From contig MU063738.1 in assembly GCA_013265495.1 (NCBI GenBank), positions 496,001-560,000 on the forward strand: DNA of 64,000 nucleotides. Reading direction: 5' to 3'. Shown here in pieces: positions 11,956 through 23,339 of this stretch (position 1 is the stretch's first letter; each line of letters starts with the position of its first letter). The stretch comes from Vicugna vicugna (Eukaryota). Both the position numbers and the translations under genes were made by a program. A model generated the notes under the pieces. It ran no database searches. It was not told the DNA's origin and saw only the letters and a list, made by a program, of their open reading frames with translations.

Positions 11956-13125
11956 GGAGGGAACGCAGGCCAGACCTGGGCCCCACCCCCGCAAAGGGCC
12001 CCTGCTCCCCCACCCTTGACCCAGTCGCCAAGCACCGGCTCGGGTGGCGAGTGAGAGGAGCTGCCTGCTGAGGAGCAGGCACCTGCCAGTTCCTCCTAGG
12101 CCGCGGGGCCCGAGCCCCCGCAGTGCCGACTGAGCGAGCAGTCACCCCGCCGCCGCTCCGGACTGCAGGGAGGTCGGGGGCCGCGCAGCCCTGGGGACCC
12201 ACTCCCCGTGTGGCCAGTAGGAAGGGCCCGGCAGGGGACACTCACGCGTCCAGCCGGAGGCGTTAGCGCCACTGCTCTCATCCAGTCCCTGCAGGGTAGC
12301 CAGCCACACCAGGAAGGCGGTGCCTGGGGGCAGCCGGGCCCAGGAAAAGCTTTGTGCCTCGGGGGCCAGAGTGTCCTGGCCCTCCAGGGCTGGGGGCCTC
12401 AGGCGGTAAAGCCGCAGGAGGAAGCCATCCCTGCCCCCCCCCGGTGGGGGGCTCCAGGAAGCACTCAGGACAGGAGGCTGGGCAGCCAGACCCAGGCTCA
12501 AGTTGGCGGGAGGTGCAGGGACTGCAGGACAAGGGGGAGACAGATTTGGGACAACCCAGTCCCTGCCCCTCCTCCCCCACTGTCTGACCCCGCTCGGTGG
12601 TCTCCAAACACAGCAGCCACGGGACTTGGAGCCCACCCTCGTTTCCTCCCCAGGAAAACCTCTCAAAAGACACAGGGCTCCACCCTGACGCCTGCTCCTT
12701 GCCTCCTTCACAAACCATCAGCAACTTGAAGGCGTGACGTCTGATCCACATGGTCCCCAGCCACACCCAACCTGTGTCTCACACCCCTTAGGACCAGGGT
12801 CCCCAGCTCAGCCGACATTCAGCCCCTGCAAGCTCACTCCCTCCCTCTCTCACTCCCCCACCGAGGGCCTGGGTGCACACCTGCCCCCTCTGCCCAGTAA
12901 GGCCCCTCTGCCCACTCTGCTCAGACCCACCTGCTTCTCAGCTCTCTCTCTCCCTCTGGGAAGACATCCCTGACTTCCTAAAGTGGCCCCTCTCTGAACC
13001 CTAAAAGATTAGCCAGAATCACATAAAATTCCCCGTAGTCCTCGATTTTAACCCACGAGAAGAGAGTTTCACGCGGCTCAAGGAGACTGAACACGTTTAC
13101 GCTATGACAGGAAAAGCAACGCGCA

Positions 13126-13275
13126 GGGGAGAGCAGAGCTCAGTGTGCAGAGCATGTGCTTAGCATGCGCCACGGTCTGGGTTCAGTCCCCAGCACTCCA
13201 TTTACAAAAAGTAAAGTTAAATTAATAAGCTTGATTACATGCCCCCAAACAAAAAAGTCAAAAACTACTAAAAGC
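13126..13275 (+). mobile_element. tRNA-derived SINE of camelid type (Vic-1-like)
   Basis: ggggagagcagagctcagtg...tgcttagcatgc...ctgggttcagtccccagcactcc (A/B-box-like head) followed by an A-rich tail. Confidence 0.7.
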
Positions 13276-14769
13276 TGCACAAAAAAAATCAATACGCGTA
13301 AACCAACTGTTTGCTGGTCAGCCTTCCCCCGAGACCGCCTGGTTCACAATCTTTAGCTTCAGCACCTAAACCCACACCCAGGAAATGGGGCGCCGGTTAC
13401 ATACTTACTGCAGGGATGGCCGTGTGGCTGGCCGCCCAGAGGGCAGGGGAGGGGGAGTGCTTGCAGACAGACTCGGGAAGGGCCCCCGTGGACAGATGCA
13501 CGACCAGACGGAGCACGTGGAGGGCACCGCCCCCGACCCTGCCACCGCCCAGGGTGGGCCTCCCGGAGCTGAAGCCGCAAACTCACGGGTGCAGGCGCCG
13601 GCCCTCTGGACGCTGGAGCTGAGGTTCCCCACCCAGGTCCACACAGACACGGTGTAGCAGGAGCCGGGCACTAGGCCCGTCAGCGTCAGGCTGGAGTGAT
13701 CTGAGCCCACATCGACAAGACCACCTGGTGACCTCTGGCTGCCTTCCAAGTGCCAGCTGACCCTGTAGCCTTCCCGCTGCCCCGGTGCTGGGACCCAGCC
13801 AATGGCCAGCTCAGAGGGGCTGCCCCTGCCAGTGACTTTCAGAGACTGGGGTTCCAGGGATCCTGGAGAGAGAAGCAGTTTGGTAAGGGGGGCATATGAT
13901 GTCTGGGGCCCTGTGAAGCCCCTCCCTTTCCTCCTCAGCCCTCCCCCACCTAGGTCTCTACCTCCAAGGCGCAGCCTCCCAGCCCCAAGGCGGGCGACAC
14001 AGTGCTGGCACCCACCTGTGTGGCCTGGGAGGCTCTGGGTGGTGTTCCCCAGAGAAGAGACCACGTCCGCCTGGTAGTGGCCCCCAGGCCCATGGAGGGT
14101 GCCCGGGGTGGCACCGGGTGGCACGGAGATGTTTCTGAGAAGGCCTGGGGCTCCCTCGGTGTAGAGCATGGTCTGGCTCCCAGGCCCCCCGCTGGTCTCC
14201 TGCCCGTCCCGGGGCAGCTCAGGGCCGTCACCTTGTCCAGGCTGGGCTGCAGAGTTGGGAGAGGACATGGTCCCTGGAGAGGGAGGATTCACCTGCCTCT
14301 TGGTGCAGGGCCCCGCCCTCCTCCACCCTAGCCCAGACTCACCCTCCAGCCAGGCACTGGCCTGGGCCCAGGCGTCATGGGGCCCGGCCAGAACCCTCAG
14401 CTCCAGAGTGTAGCGTCCGGCTGGCAGGGGTCCTGAGAACGTGGCATTAAGGGCCCTGGGGCCCAGAGTGATGGTCTTCTCCACTGGCCCACTCAGCCTG
14501 AGCAGGTAGCCATCCTGGGCCCCGGGCCCCGCCTCCCAGCTGGCACAGAGCCCTGGGGGCAGGGGCATGAGCAGCAGGTCCAGGGGGGCTGAGGGATCTG
14601 TGGGGAAGGGAGCAGGATGTGACCTGGGCACTGGTGAGAACAGTCACACCCATATGCAGCTCCCCTCTGTGCTCAGGGCCAGGTCACACCCAGGTGGACA
14701 CGGTAACAAATGATAACACATCGAGTGACCGAGTGTGCTGGTGCAAGATCCCACACTCCTCCCAACACC

Positions 14770-14875
14770 GCCATTCTTGCCCCCTTTAAAGGTGCAGAGA
14801 CCGAAGCTCAGAGAGGGTGAGCAATCTGTCCAGAGACCTACAGCCAGTGAGTGGCAGCAGTGGACTCAGAGCCCA
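14770..14875 (-). mobile_element. MIR fragment
   Basis: gaagctcagagagggtgagcaatctgtccagagacctacagccagtgagtggcag resembles the MIR core. Confidence 0.55.
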
Positions 14876-14989
14876 GGCGGCCTGGCTCTCCACTCTTTAC
14901 CAGCGCCAGACAGCGCTGCTCTGCACAGAAATGCAGCAGAGTCCCTGTGTGCTCAGCCCAGCCTGGACGCTTGTAAGTCTCAGGACCTG

Positions 14990-15100
14990 GTCCCTCTCTC
15001 TGAACCTTGGTCCCCTCAACGTAGCAGGGGGATAACAAGACTTACATGGGGCTGTTTTGGAGGGTAAATGAGATGATGCACGGGGCTGGCACACGGAGGG
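14990..15100 (+). mobile_element. MIR fragment
   Basis: ctctctgaaccttggtcccctca...ggggataacaagacttacatggggctgttttggagggtaaatgagatgatg. Confidence 0.55.
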
Positions 15101-18100
15101 TTCCAGTGACAGTAACTGTCACCACGGACATCTCCTGCAGGAGCGCGCTCCCTCCGGGCCACACCCTTCCCTGCAGGGTCCTGGGCCCTCACCCCCCAGC
15201 TGTACCCTGCCATGTCCCCCTTTTGCTTCAAGCACTCACAGGTCCACTCAGTGGCGTTGGGTCCCACTGTCTGAAGGGGCCCGGCAACAGCTGTGAGCAT
15301 CAGCTTATAGGGGGTTCCCGGAGAGAGGTGAGCAAAGGTGTGACTGGAGACACCCCGTCTGATCCCTGCCATCAGGTTGGGGCCACCAAGGAGGTCTGTG
15401 AGGGCGAGATGCAGCCAGGCGGCGCCCCGAGAGCTGTTCCAGGAGGCCTGCAGGGCACTGGTGCCCAGGGCACGCAGCGCCAGCTGACCTGGAGCCTCGG
15501 GGGCTGGAGGGAGAGCCGTGGGCTTGGAGGAAGGGCCAGAACAGTGTCCCAGCAGCCAGAGCCCAGAGGCCCGGCTGCGCTGGCACACAGCCCTGCACTG
15601 CCCCCTCCCAGACTGGCTGCCACCTGGGGCCTCGCCGAGTGCTGGCCTAACCTGTCCACTGGTGGGTGCTGGTCTTTGCCTGGAGGTTGGCGGCCCAGGT
15701 GGTAACCTCCAAAAGGTACTCGCTGCTTGGTAAGAGGTCGCTGAAATTGTAGGACAGGGTCCCCGGGGCCACGGAGATGTTATGAGCCACTGCCTGGGAT
15801 TCCAGGTGGTAGAGGAGAAGCTGGTAGCCATCCTGCCCACCGGGGGCAGTGCCCCACGAGGCCTCCAGGCTGAACGGGCTCCCAGAGCTGTGGAGCCGCA
15901 GGGCCTGGACAGCGGACGGGGCTGCCCCGGAAGCAGAGGCACCACGTTCGGGGCCAGGGCATCGCCCCTGCTGCTAGTGCTCTGGACAGGCCACTGTGCC
16001 AGGCATGGTCCTCGGGCACTTCGCCCTCCTTGGCACCCTGTCCCCCGACCCTCCAGGGTGTCCACATCAGTGCCCGCAGCCCCTCCCCTGCCTGCTGGCC
16101 AGGCACCTGTGTGGGCAGTGAGGACGACGGTGGTGTTCTGCCCGCAAGGGTGCAGGGCCGTCACTTCCAGCTGGTACTGACTTCCTGGCACCAGGTCCTG
16201 GAACTCAAAGCTGGACGCACTGGTGTGGGTCTGGAGCTGCTGCCCTTCGGGGAAGCCCAGGGGGCTCAGCTGGGTTAGACGGAGTATGTGACTGGGACTG
16301 CCAGGCCCTGGGGCTGCCCAGCTCAGAGCGAGGCTGGCGGACGTCCCCTGGCCACTCACGTTCACGGTTGGAGGTGGTCCTGGGGAGAAGGGTGTGTTCA
16401 GATGCTCCCCGCACACCCCTTCTGCCCTAAAGAAGGCGGGAAGGCAGGAAAGGCCAGAGCAGAGACAGGGTCTGGGTGGAGAAATGGCCCCGCCCTACTC
16501 CCCGCACCCCCAGCAGGGCTCCTACCTCTGCTCTTCCCGCCTGGACCCCCTTCCAGGGAGGGACACTCGTCTTCTTGTGGGGAGGAGGTGGTGGGAGGCT
16601 ATGGGCAGACGCTATGGGTCCAGCCAAGATCAGAGACGGCTGTCCTCTCATCTGGCACCCCAGACCCGGCCACGGGGCATCACGCAGGATACCCAAGATG
16701 CGGAGGCCGGCAGCTAGGGGCAGACCACTCTGTCCTCGTCTGGGCTGGGAGGGAGCACCGCTGCCTGAAGCAGACCAGCTGTGGGTCCACGGAGCAGCAG
16801 GGGGCCTGGAGGCCTGGGGAGCAGGGGGTCCACTCACCTCCCCCACCTCCAGTGCCCACCTAACCTGCGCCAAGAAGCCTCCGAGCCAGAGGAGCACAGC
16901 GAACAGGACCAGGGGCCTCATCTTGATGGACAGATGGACGGACGTCTGCAAGGGAGAGCCGCAGGAGGAGCCAGTCCCTCAACCTGCCCCTTGCCCTGGG
17001 GGCTGGCAGGCAGGCAAGGGCGGCTGCGCTGCATCTCAGCAGGGGGCAGGCAGCCTCTCCACCCGGGGCCCTGACCCCACTGCGCCCAGCTTGGCAGGAC
17101 CTGGTGAAGGGGGCAGATCGCAGCTCCCAGGCTGCAGACCAGCTCACCTCTCACTCTGCACCCCCTCCACCCTCTGCCCGCAGGTGGCTTCCCAGGTAAG
17201 GACATGCCCTGTGCTGGGGGTGGGCACACACACAGAGGCAGCTAGCCCCCCAGCTCTCTGCCCCCGGGAGAGGAGGGCCGTCTGACTCTCAACACATGGA
17301 GATGGATGGGGCGTTTGTGTTCCTCTGGGATCAGATCCTGGTGACATTGCCTGGGGGCGCGCTGCTGGGTGCCTGTGTGGATGGACCAGCTGTACATGTG
17401 AGCCCCCTTCTGGGTACTCCTGAGGCCCCACGTGCTGATGGACACTGGAGCACGCCCTAGAGGCCTTGAGTCTCCGTGACTGTAGATCTAGAAAGGCATG
17501 TGGCTCCACACCCTCACACCCCAGGGGAGGGATAGCCCAGCTGGCCGCAGTGTGAGGAGGGGCTGGACTGGAGCCTGGGACTCCCAGCTCCTCCCAGCAG
17601 AGACCGCATCCCACTCCCAGCCCCCAAGGACGCGTGCTCGCCACCCCCACCTCCCCCACCCAGATTAGCGGTGCCCACGGGCCCTGGCCCTCCTGCCCCC
17701 ACCTGCTCAAAGGCCCAGAGCAGCCTTTCTGAGGCCTGGCCTAGAGGTCCCTCTAGCCTGGAGCCAATTACCTCCTGGAAATGCCCCCCCGGCCCCCAGC
17801 TGTCACAGGAGGGGACAGCAGAGGAAAGGAAAGAGCTCTGGGCCCTGGGGACTCAGGAAGTGAGGAGGGGGACACGCAGCAAACACGCAGGTACAGAAAC
17901 CGAGCAGCGAGACGGCTTCTGCGGGAGCTGGTCTCCCTGGGGCCAGTGGGGCTGGGAGCACAGGCCTGCAGGGAACCTGCTTAGCCCCACTCCCACCCGG
18001 GGTCCTCCCGCTCCATCAGGCCCCGAACCTCAGCGCGCCCGCTGGCCTCCGGACGGGGGCCTGGAAACTCGACCCTGCAGCCCCACCAAGTTTTCCAGGC

Positions 18101-21100
18101 TGCGTGTGTGTGTGCGCGAGTGTTCACGTACACGTGTGCTCCTTCAAATGAGGTGGGGGTGGGGGTAGCAACCAGGGAAACTGATGTGAAAGGTGGGAGG
18201 CCTTGGTCTGGCCAAGAGGAGGGGGAAACACTCTGCCCTGGTCCCTCCTCCTTCCCACCTCACCTGGGGCACCTCGCGTGGCTCTTTCCGGCAGCGTCTG
18301 GAGAGCTGGGGTGGAAACACCCTAATTCAGAATCCAAGTGGAAGAGACACAGCAAAACAGGGTTCTAGGTAAGGGGGTGGGGCTTCAGACCTGCCCCAAG
18401 AGTCTCCGCCGAAGAGGGCCCGTTGGGGGCACACAGACTCCACAGCCAGCCCCACGGACGGGCCCGCAAAGGGCACCTGGCCACAGGGGCCAGCCCTGTC
18501 CGCCCCCAGCCAGCCTGGGGCAGCCTCGCGCTGGGCCTCTGGAGAGGCGGCAAGAAGATTCCGACAGATAAGAGGCGGCCTCCCAGCCCCAGCCTCTCCA
18601 TTCAGCAACAAGTGCACCACAAGGGCTGCGCCTCTTCCCCGGCCAGCCCGCCCACAGACAAACCCACATCCTCTGCCTAGAGAGCCCCTGCGTCCTCCCA
18701 AGGTCCCGGCACCTTGCTGATTCCTTCTGGAGAGAGCCGGGCAGGAGGCAGAGCCGGGCAGGGGACCGGTCCAGGCGTCCTGGCTCCAAATGCAAACCAG
18801 GCGCTGCCCAGCTCTCTCTTCCGGCCCCTCCTCTCCACTCCCCCTGCCTGGAGCCAGGCCTTGGGCACCCCCAACACTGGGGGAAGATAAGCTCCCAGCA
18901 GAGAAGGGCCAGTGGCTCCAGGCAGCCCCGCCTGCCACTCTCCCTCCCACACAGGGGAAGGTCACCAGGGAGGGGTCGGCCCAGGCCCCTCTGGCCAGGC
19001 TGTGGGAAGGCTGCAAGGGGCTGGGGGCAGTGGACTGGCCAGGTGATGGGTGTGCCCACAGCCGTGGCATGTGTGTGGACCAACAGTGTGTACGAGCACG
19101 CGTGAGTGTGAGGGTGCACACAGCTATCTCAGGTGGATGTGCACGCGTGGGGGTCCGGGGATGTTGTCAGGGGGCAGACAAGAGGGCCCCTGGGGAGAAA
19201 GGCCATACTGGGGAACAGATGTCCGCGTTGCTGGCCCTGGGCCTGGGAGAGAGGGAAGGACCCTCTTCTGTCATAAAACCTCCCTCCAGGGACCTGAGCT
19301 CCAGCAAACTGGATCCCCCAGTACCAGGCTGGCCTTATTCATCAGTCCTTCAGCCAGCGGAGAGAGAGGTATGGGAAAGCCCCCTTCACCAGCTGGCACC
19401 CAAATGGTGTCAGGGAAACTGGGTCGGGTGGGGGCTGGGTATCTGGGCCGGCCCCCCGAGAGGAGGCTCCTGGGTGTGCCCAGTGGGTGCCCTAGCCTTC
19501 CTGCTGGCCCAGACCCACTGCACACCTCCCCCAGCCCTTCTCAGCCCTCCCCTGCATGTGTCCTCCTTCCAGACCCCAGCTCTGTGTCCCTGCCTCCTCC
19601 ACACAGCCAGGGACAAGCTGGGCCTGCAACGCTGGGCAGAAGCTGGCCTGGACTGGTCCAGGATTTGGGGGCTGTGTGTGGGAGGACCCAGGGTCCCAGG
19701 GCTTCTCCAGAGAGGAACCAGAGAGGAAGAGGGCTGGACAACGGTTTGGGGTGGGGGAGCAGGATGTGCACAGGGTGCAGAACCCCCACAGCTGGCCCAG
19801 ACCCCGAGATTCCTGCCTCAGGAACCGGGTAGGGTAGCCCCTTTGGCTCTGGGGCCGGCAGCAGCCTGGCCCACTCCCCCAGTGCTGCAGGAACAAGACT
19901 TGGGAATTTCGGGCACACCTGCCCCTCCGAAGGGCTTCTGGCCCTGGGGACAAGGAGCTGAGGCTCACAGCCCTGGAACTGGGGAGGGACAGGAGGGGAC
20001 AGTGTGCCCCAGGCAGCCCTCCTCCCGAAGGCCATCTGAGACATGGGACGTGGAGACCATGGTTCCTGCGCCCCGGCCCTCCCCTCCCCCAACAGCGGGC
20101 TTCTCCGCCGAGGCTACCGCCTTCTGACCACTGCGGGAGAGGCTGTCATTGCAGCCCTGGGGAGGGAGGAACCTGGGGAGGAGCCGGAGCCCCAGGCAGG
20201 GGCAGAAGGTCGCCCAGGTCACAGCTGGTGACCCAGTGAGGGCTCAGTGCAGTCCTCCTGGCTTTCAGCCATTGCCGTGTCCTGAACCCAACCCTGGATG
20301 ACAAGTCAGCAGCTGGAGTGACGAAGGCCTGAGAGCCATCCGGGCTGGCCCGCATCAGGAGCCAGGATGGCGTGGGGCTGGGGACGCACTCTCGGGCCTC
20401 CAGTCCTTGCTTGCCCCAGCAGCCTGGATGGAGTGGAATCCACTGCAGAGAGGGCAGAGCGGGTGGCCCAGGCCGCCCAGCCAGTCCTGCCCTCCCTGAG
20501 CTTCAGGGGTGGTGCCCCCGAGCTCTGGTCACACACCTCCACAGGAGTCCAGGGGAGAGAGGCGGGCAGTAGGCAAGGTGACTATGCCCCCTCCACCCCC
20601 ACCCCCGGCCCACCGCGTCCTGCTCCCCACCCAGGAGCTCAGCTCCAGCACCTCACATTGCCATGGCCCAGCCTTGGGAGGGGGAAGGAGTGTGCTCACT
20701 GCCAGCAGGGGCCAAGGAATGGGGGGCCCTGGGAGAACAGTGTGGGGAGGGCCGCGCCCGCTTCCTCCTCGCCACCCTGCGGTGTCCTCGCTTCCTGTTC
20801 TTGACACAGCAAGGCTCAGAGCGGGCGGCCCTCTTTCCAATCCCCTCCCGCCCCCCATGTGACCCCCAGGGCCCCGCTGTCCCCTGATGGAAACACCGGA
20901 GGGGCTGGGGGCCGGTGGAGGCAGAGTTCACTGCCCACAGGGTCACCAGGCATCCCCAGACCCCTGCCCCTCCTCCCCGTCTCAGCACCAGAGCAGCTGT
21001 GCCAGGCCTCCTCTCATGGGATCCCCCAGAGGAGCACAGGCGAGAGGAGGAGGGCCGTGGCTGGGGGGCAGCTCAGGAAGGAGCCAGGAGCAAGGGCCGG

Positions 21101-21753
21101 GCCGGGGGCCTGCAGAACCCAAGAGCACCATCCTGCTCTCCGCATCAGCCCACCCCAGGGCCAGCAGAAGGCCGCCCCTCCCCATCGCCCCCTCTGCGGG
21201 CCCACCCCCTGCCTATTGCACCTCATTTCTTTCCTGCTGTCATCATTTGACGGCTGAATCAGAGATGGGGGCGTGAGGGGGGTGTGGGGAATGTCACCAG
21301 GTAAGAGATGAGCCGGCCGGGAGCACGCACCCGCCGGGCCGCTGGCCACCAGGAGGCCTGCGGGCGAGGCAGAGGCCAGGCAGAGAGGTCTTGGATTTGG
21401 GGGCCGGCCCCAGACCCCAGGCTCCAGATGCCCCAGCAGCGAAGGAGACCCGGGAGTCCCCTGGTGTGAGAGCCAGAGACCATCTACTCTCTGTAAGTCT
21501 CTGAGCAGATGGCAGGGTTCTGGGAGGAGGCCTAGAAGGGGCTGGGGCCAGGGGAAGGCCCTCAGCGCCTCTGACCAGCTGTCTCCACTGCATGCTTCCA
21601 GGGTGGCTGGCCTAGTGCAGACTAGAGGCAGCTCGGGGTCTGGGGACCACCTTCCAGCCTGGCCTAACATTCCCCATCGTGGAGCAAGGATGCTTCCCTC
21701 CCCTTTCCCCCGCCCCATCCCAAGTCTGCACCCACTTCTGCCTGGGCCTGGCC

Positions 21754-21763
21754 GGGAATTCCC
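21754..21763. promoter_or_regulatory. NF-kB site upstream of PTPN7
   Basis: Perfect palindrome GGGAATTCCC about 430 bp upstream of the probable PTPN7 TSS; function not shown. Confidence 0.45.
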
Positions 21764-22170
21764 AAGGCTTGGAGGAGCTCAGGCTTCCAGGGTGAGGGGC
21801 TGAGGAGCAGAGAAACGGAAATCAGTTTCTGGACAAGGTCAGCAGGAGCAGGAGCACCTGGGCCTCTACGCGGGCCAGCCCGGAGCTGGGTCGGCTGAGC
21901 TCTGCCCAGCAAGCAGGCTGGACGTGGCGAGGACCCCAGGGAGAAGGGCTGCAGGAGGAACAGGGCTCAGGAGCTCAGGGATCGGGTCGGGGTGGTCAGA
22001 GACAGCCTGGCGCCTCGTCCATTCCCAGGGAGCTGGGCCTCGGGCCACGGCAGCGATGCTGGGACACTGCCTGCCAGCCCCCAGCAGGGCAGAGGCAGGA
22101 GGCACCGACCCCTGGTGGTGGCAGAACGCAGCTGGGTGTGCGTGGGTGGCAGTGAGGAGGGGCGGAGGGA

Positions 22171-22184
22171 GGAAGCTGGCTTCC
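22171..22184. promoter_or_regulatory. Head-to-head ETS pair at the PTPN7 core promoter
   Basis: GGAAGC-TG-GCTTCC inverted repeat immediately before exon 1. Confidence 0.45.
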
Positions 22185-22189
22185 TGAAG

Positions 22190-22258
22190 TCTTCTCAGCC
22201 CTCAAAGACAGACAGACAGACAGCTGGCAAGAGGCACACGGGGGACACAGCTGCTTCA
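22190..22258 (+). other. PTPN7: PTPN7 non-coding exon 1 (5' start approximate)
   Basis: agacagacagacagctggcaagagg...cagctgcttca matches the recalled human PTPN7 5'UTR and is followed by donor GTAAGT at 22259. Confidence 0.7.
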
Positions 22259-23339
22259 GTAAGTCCCTGAACCGGGGACGGAGGGGTCCTGCGGGCCTGG
22301 GGTGGTGCAGACCTGGGGAGACAGGAGGGCCCCTCTGAGGAGGATGTGCAAGAGGGCACCTGGGGTCACGGTGCCTGGATGGGGAGTGGGTGCTGAGCAG
22401 CCGATGTGCAGGAGGGGGCGGGCAGGGCTCCGCAGGGAGACCAGGGGCAGAGGAGCCCCGCCGGCCGCCCGCCGCGGAGAGTCTCTCTGCCTCCCCCACC
22501 TGCACACCCGCTCCTGCCCTCACCTTGGTCCCTGGGCTCAGCAACTCCAACACCCCCACCCCACCTCGGAAGCTGGGACCCTGGCTCTGGAAGATGGGGA
22601 CTGTCCCCAGAGGAGGGGCCCCGCCACGTCCGCGCCCCAACTTGTGCCCCCAGCTGTTGCCTCCCCACGCGCTGTCGCTCAAGGGCTTGGTGAGGCCATT
22701 TCCTGTGACGGTTACAGAGGCGGGATGGGGGGATGGGCAGAGGAGGAAGGAAACACCCCAGCCTACCTCCCTGGACAGAGACCCCCAAAGCCAGCATGGC
22801 CCCGGGAGTGGGATCGCCAGCAGTCAGGCCAGCAGCCTGCATGCCGGGCCCCCTGTGGCTCCAAGGCTCACGAGGCCACCACCTTCTTGTCCAGAGGAGG
22901 CCCACGTAGACCCAGAGGTGCCGTCTCAGCCGTGGCCCTTCCCTCATACAGACCTCGTCTGCTCCTCCCTCACTGTCGCCCCAGCTTAGGGCCCGAGCGG
23001 CCCCTCCCCCTCCGCCTCCTTCTGGATGCTTCCCCATCCTCACCCACAACCTCCACCCTTTATCTTGTCCAGACTGCCACGGCCCGGGGTCTCCTTGCAG
23101 AGATCCTGGCCTCCCCACAGTGAGAAAGCCACCACTTGCTGGGGAACAGAAGACACCCCAGCGCAAACAAAGGCGCCGCAGGGCAGAAGGCTGGCCTGGG
23201 CCTGGCAGCCTCCCTCTGGCCTGTCAGGCAGCCCGGAGGTCCAAGCTCATGGCTGAGTGAGCGTCCCCAGCATGGTCCAGGCCTGCGGGGGATGTCCCAG
23301 AGCACAGCTGCCAGTCTCACCTTCGCCTTGGGGGCAGCC

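Larger units (their letters stand above)
2091..16921 (-). pseudogene. PTPRV: Receptor-type tyrosine phosphatase V (OST-PTP/Esp) unitary pseudogene: signal peptide, 10 FN3, TM, D1 and D2 PTP domains
   Basis: Exons traced by hand in transcript order: 16865-16921 (MRPLVLFAVLLWLGGFLAQ), 16526-16574, 16107-16379, 15652-15921, 15240-15503, 14343-14597, 14016-14246, 13587-13862, 12246-12521, 11354-11617, 10927-11193, 10372-10653, 9994-10135, 9513-9723, 8979-9046, 7992-8118 (TM), 7867-7914, 7185-7278, 7006-7096 (KNRY), 6836-6912, 5937-6071, 5205-5327, 4609-4769 (WPD), 4402-4537, 4056-4123, 3812-3899, 3666-3720 (donor uncertain), 3508-3575, 3263-3391, 3027-3159, 2775-2935, 2356-2491, 2091-2150. Total 5075 nt, or 1686 codons after removing the +1 and +16 indels. 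Translation matches recalled rodent OST-PTP along its length. Lesions: TGA 5307-5309, TAG 5223-5225, +1 at 10122-10128, 133-nt exon 3027-3159, acceptor AA 16575-16576, donor AT 2354-2355. Confidence 0.92.

Noticed and set aside
13405-16416. 408-aa and 466-aa ORFs as single-exon genes or exitrons
   Set aside because: They are PTPRV exons joined by short stop-free introns (96 and 153 nt; also 93 and 90 nt elsewhere), about what short GC-rich introns give by chance.
16722-16775. AAVLPPSPDEDR segment as PTPRV exon 3
   Set aside because: No phase-compatible donor; the true exon is 16526-16574, with better homology and correct phase.
18790-20127. 445-aa ORF between PTPRV and PTPN7
   Set aside because: No domain, composition typical of GC-rich non-coding DNA, no splice or Kozak support.
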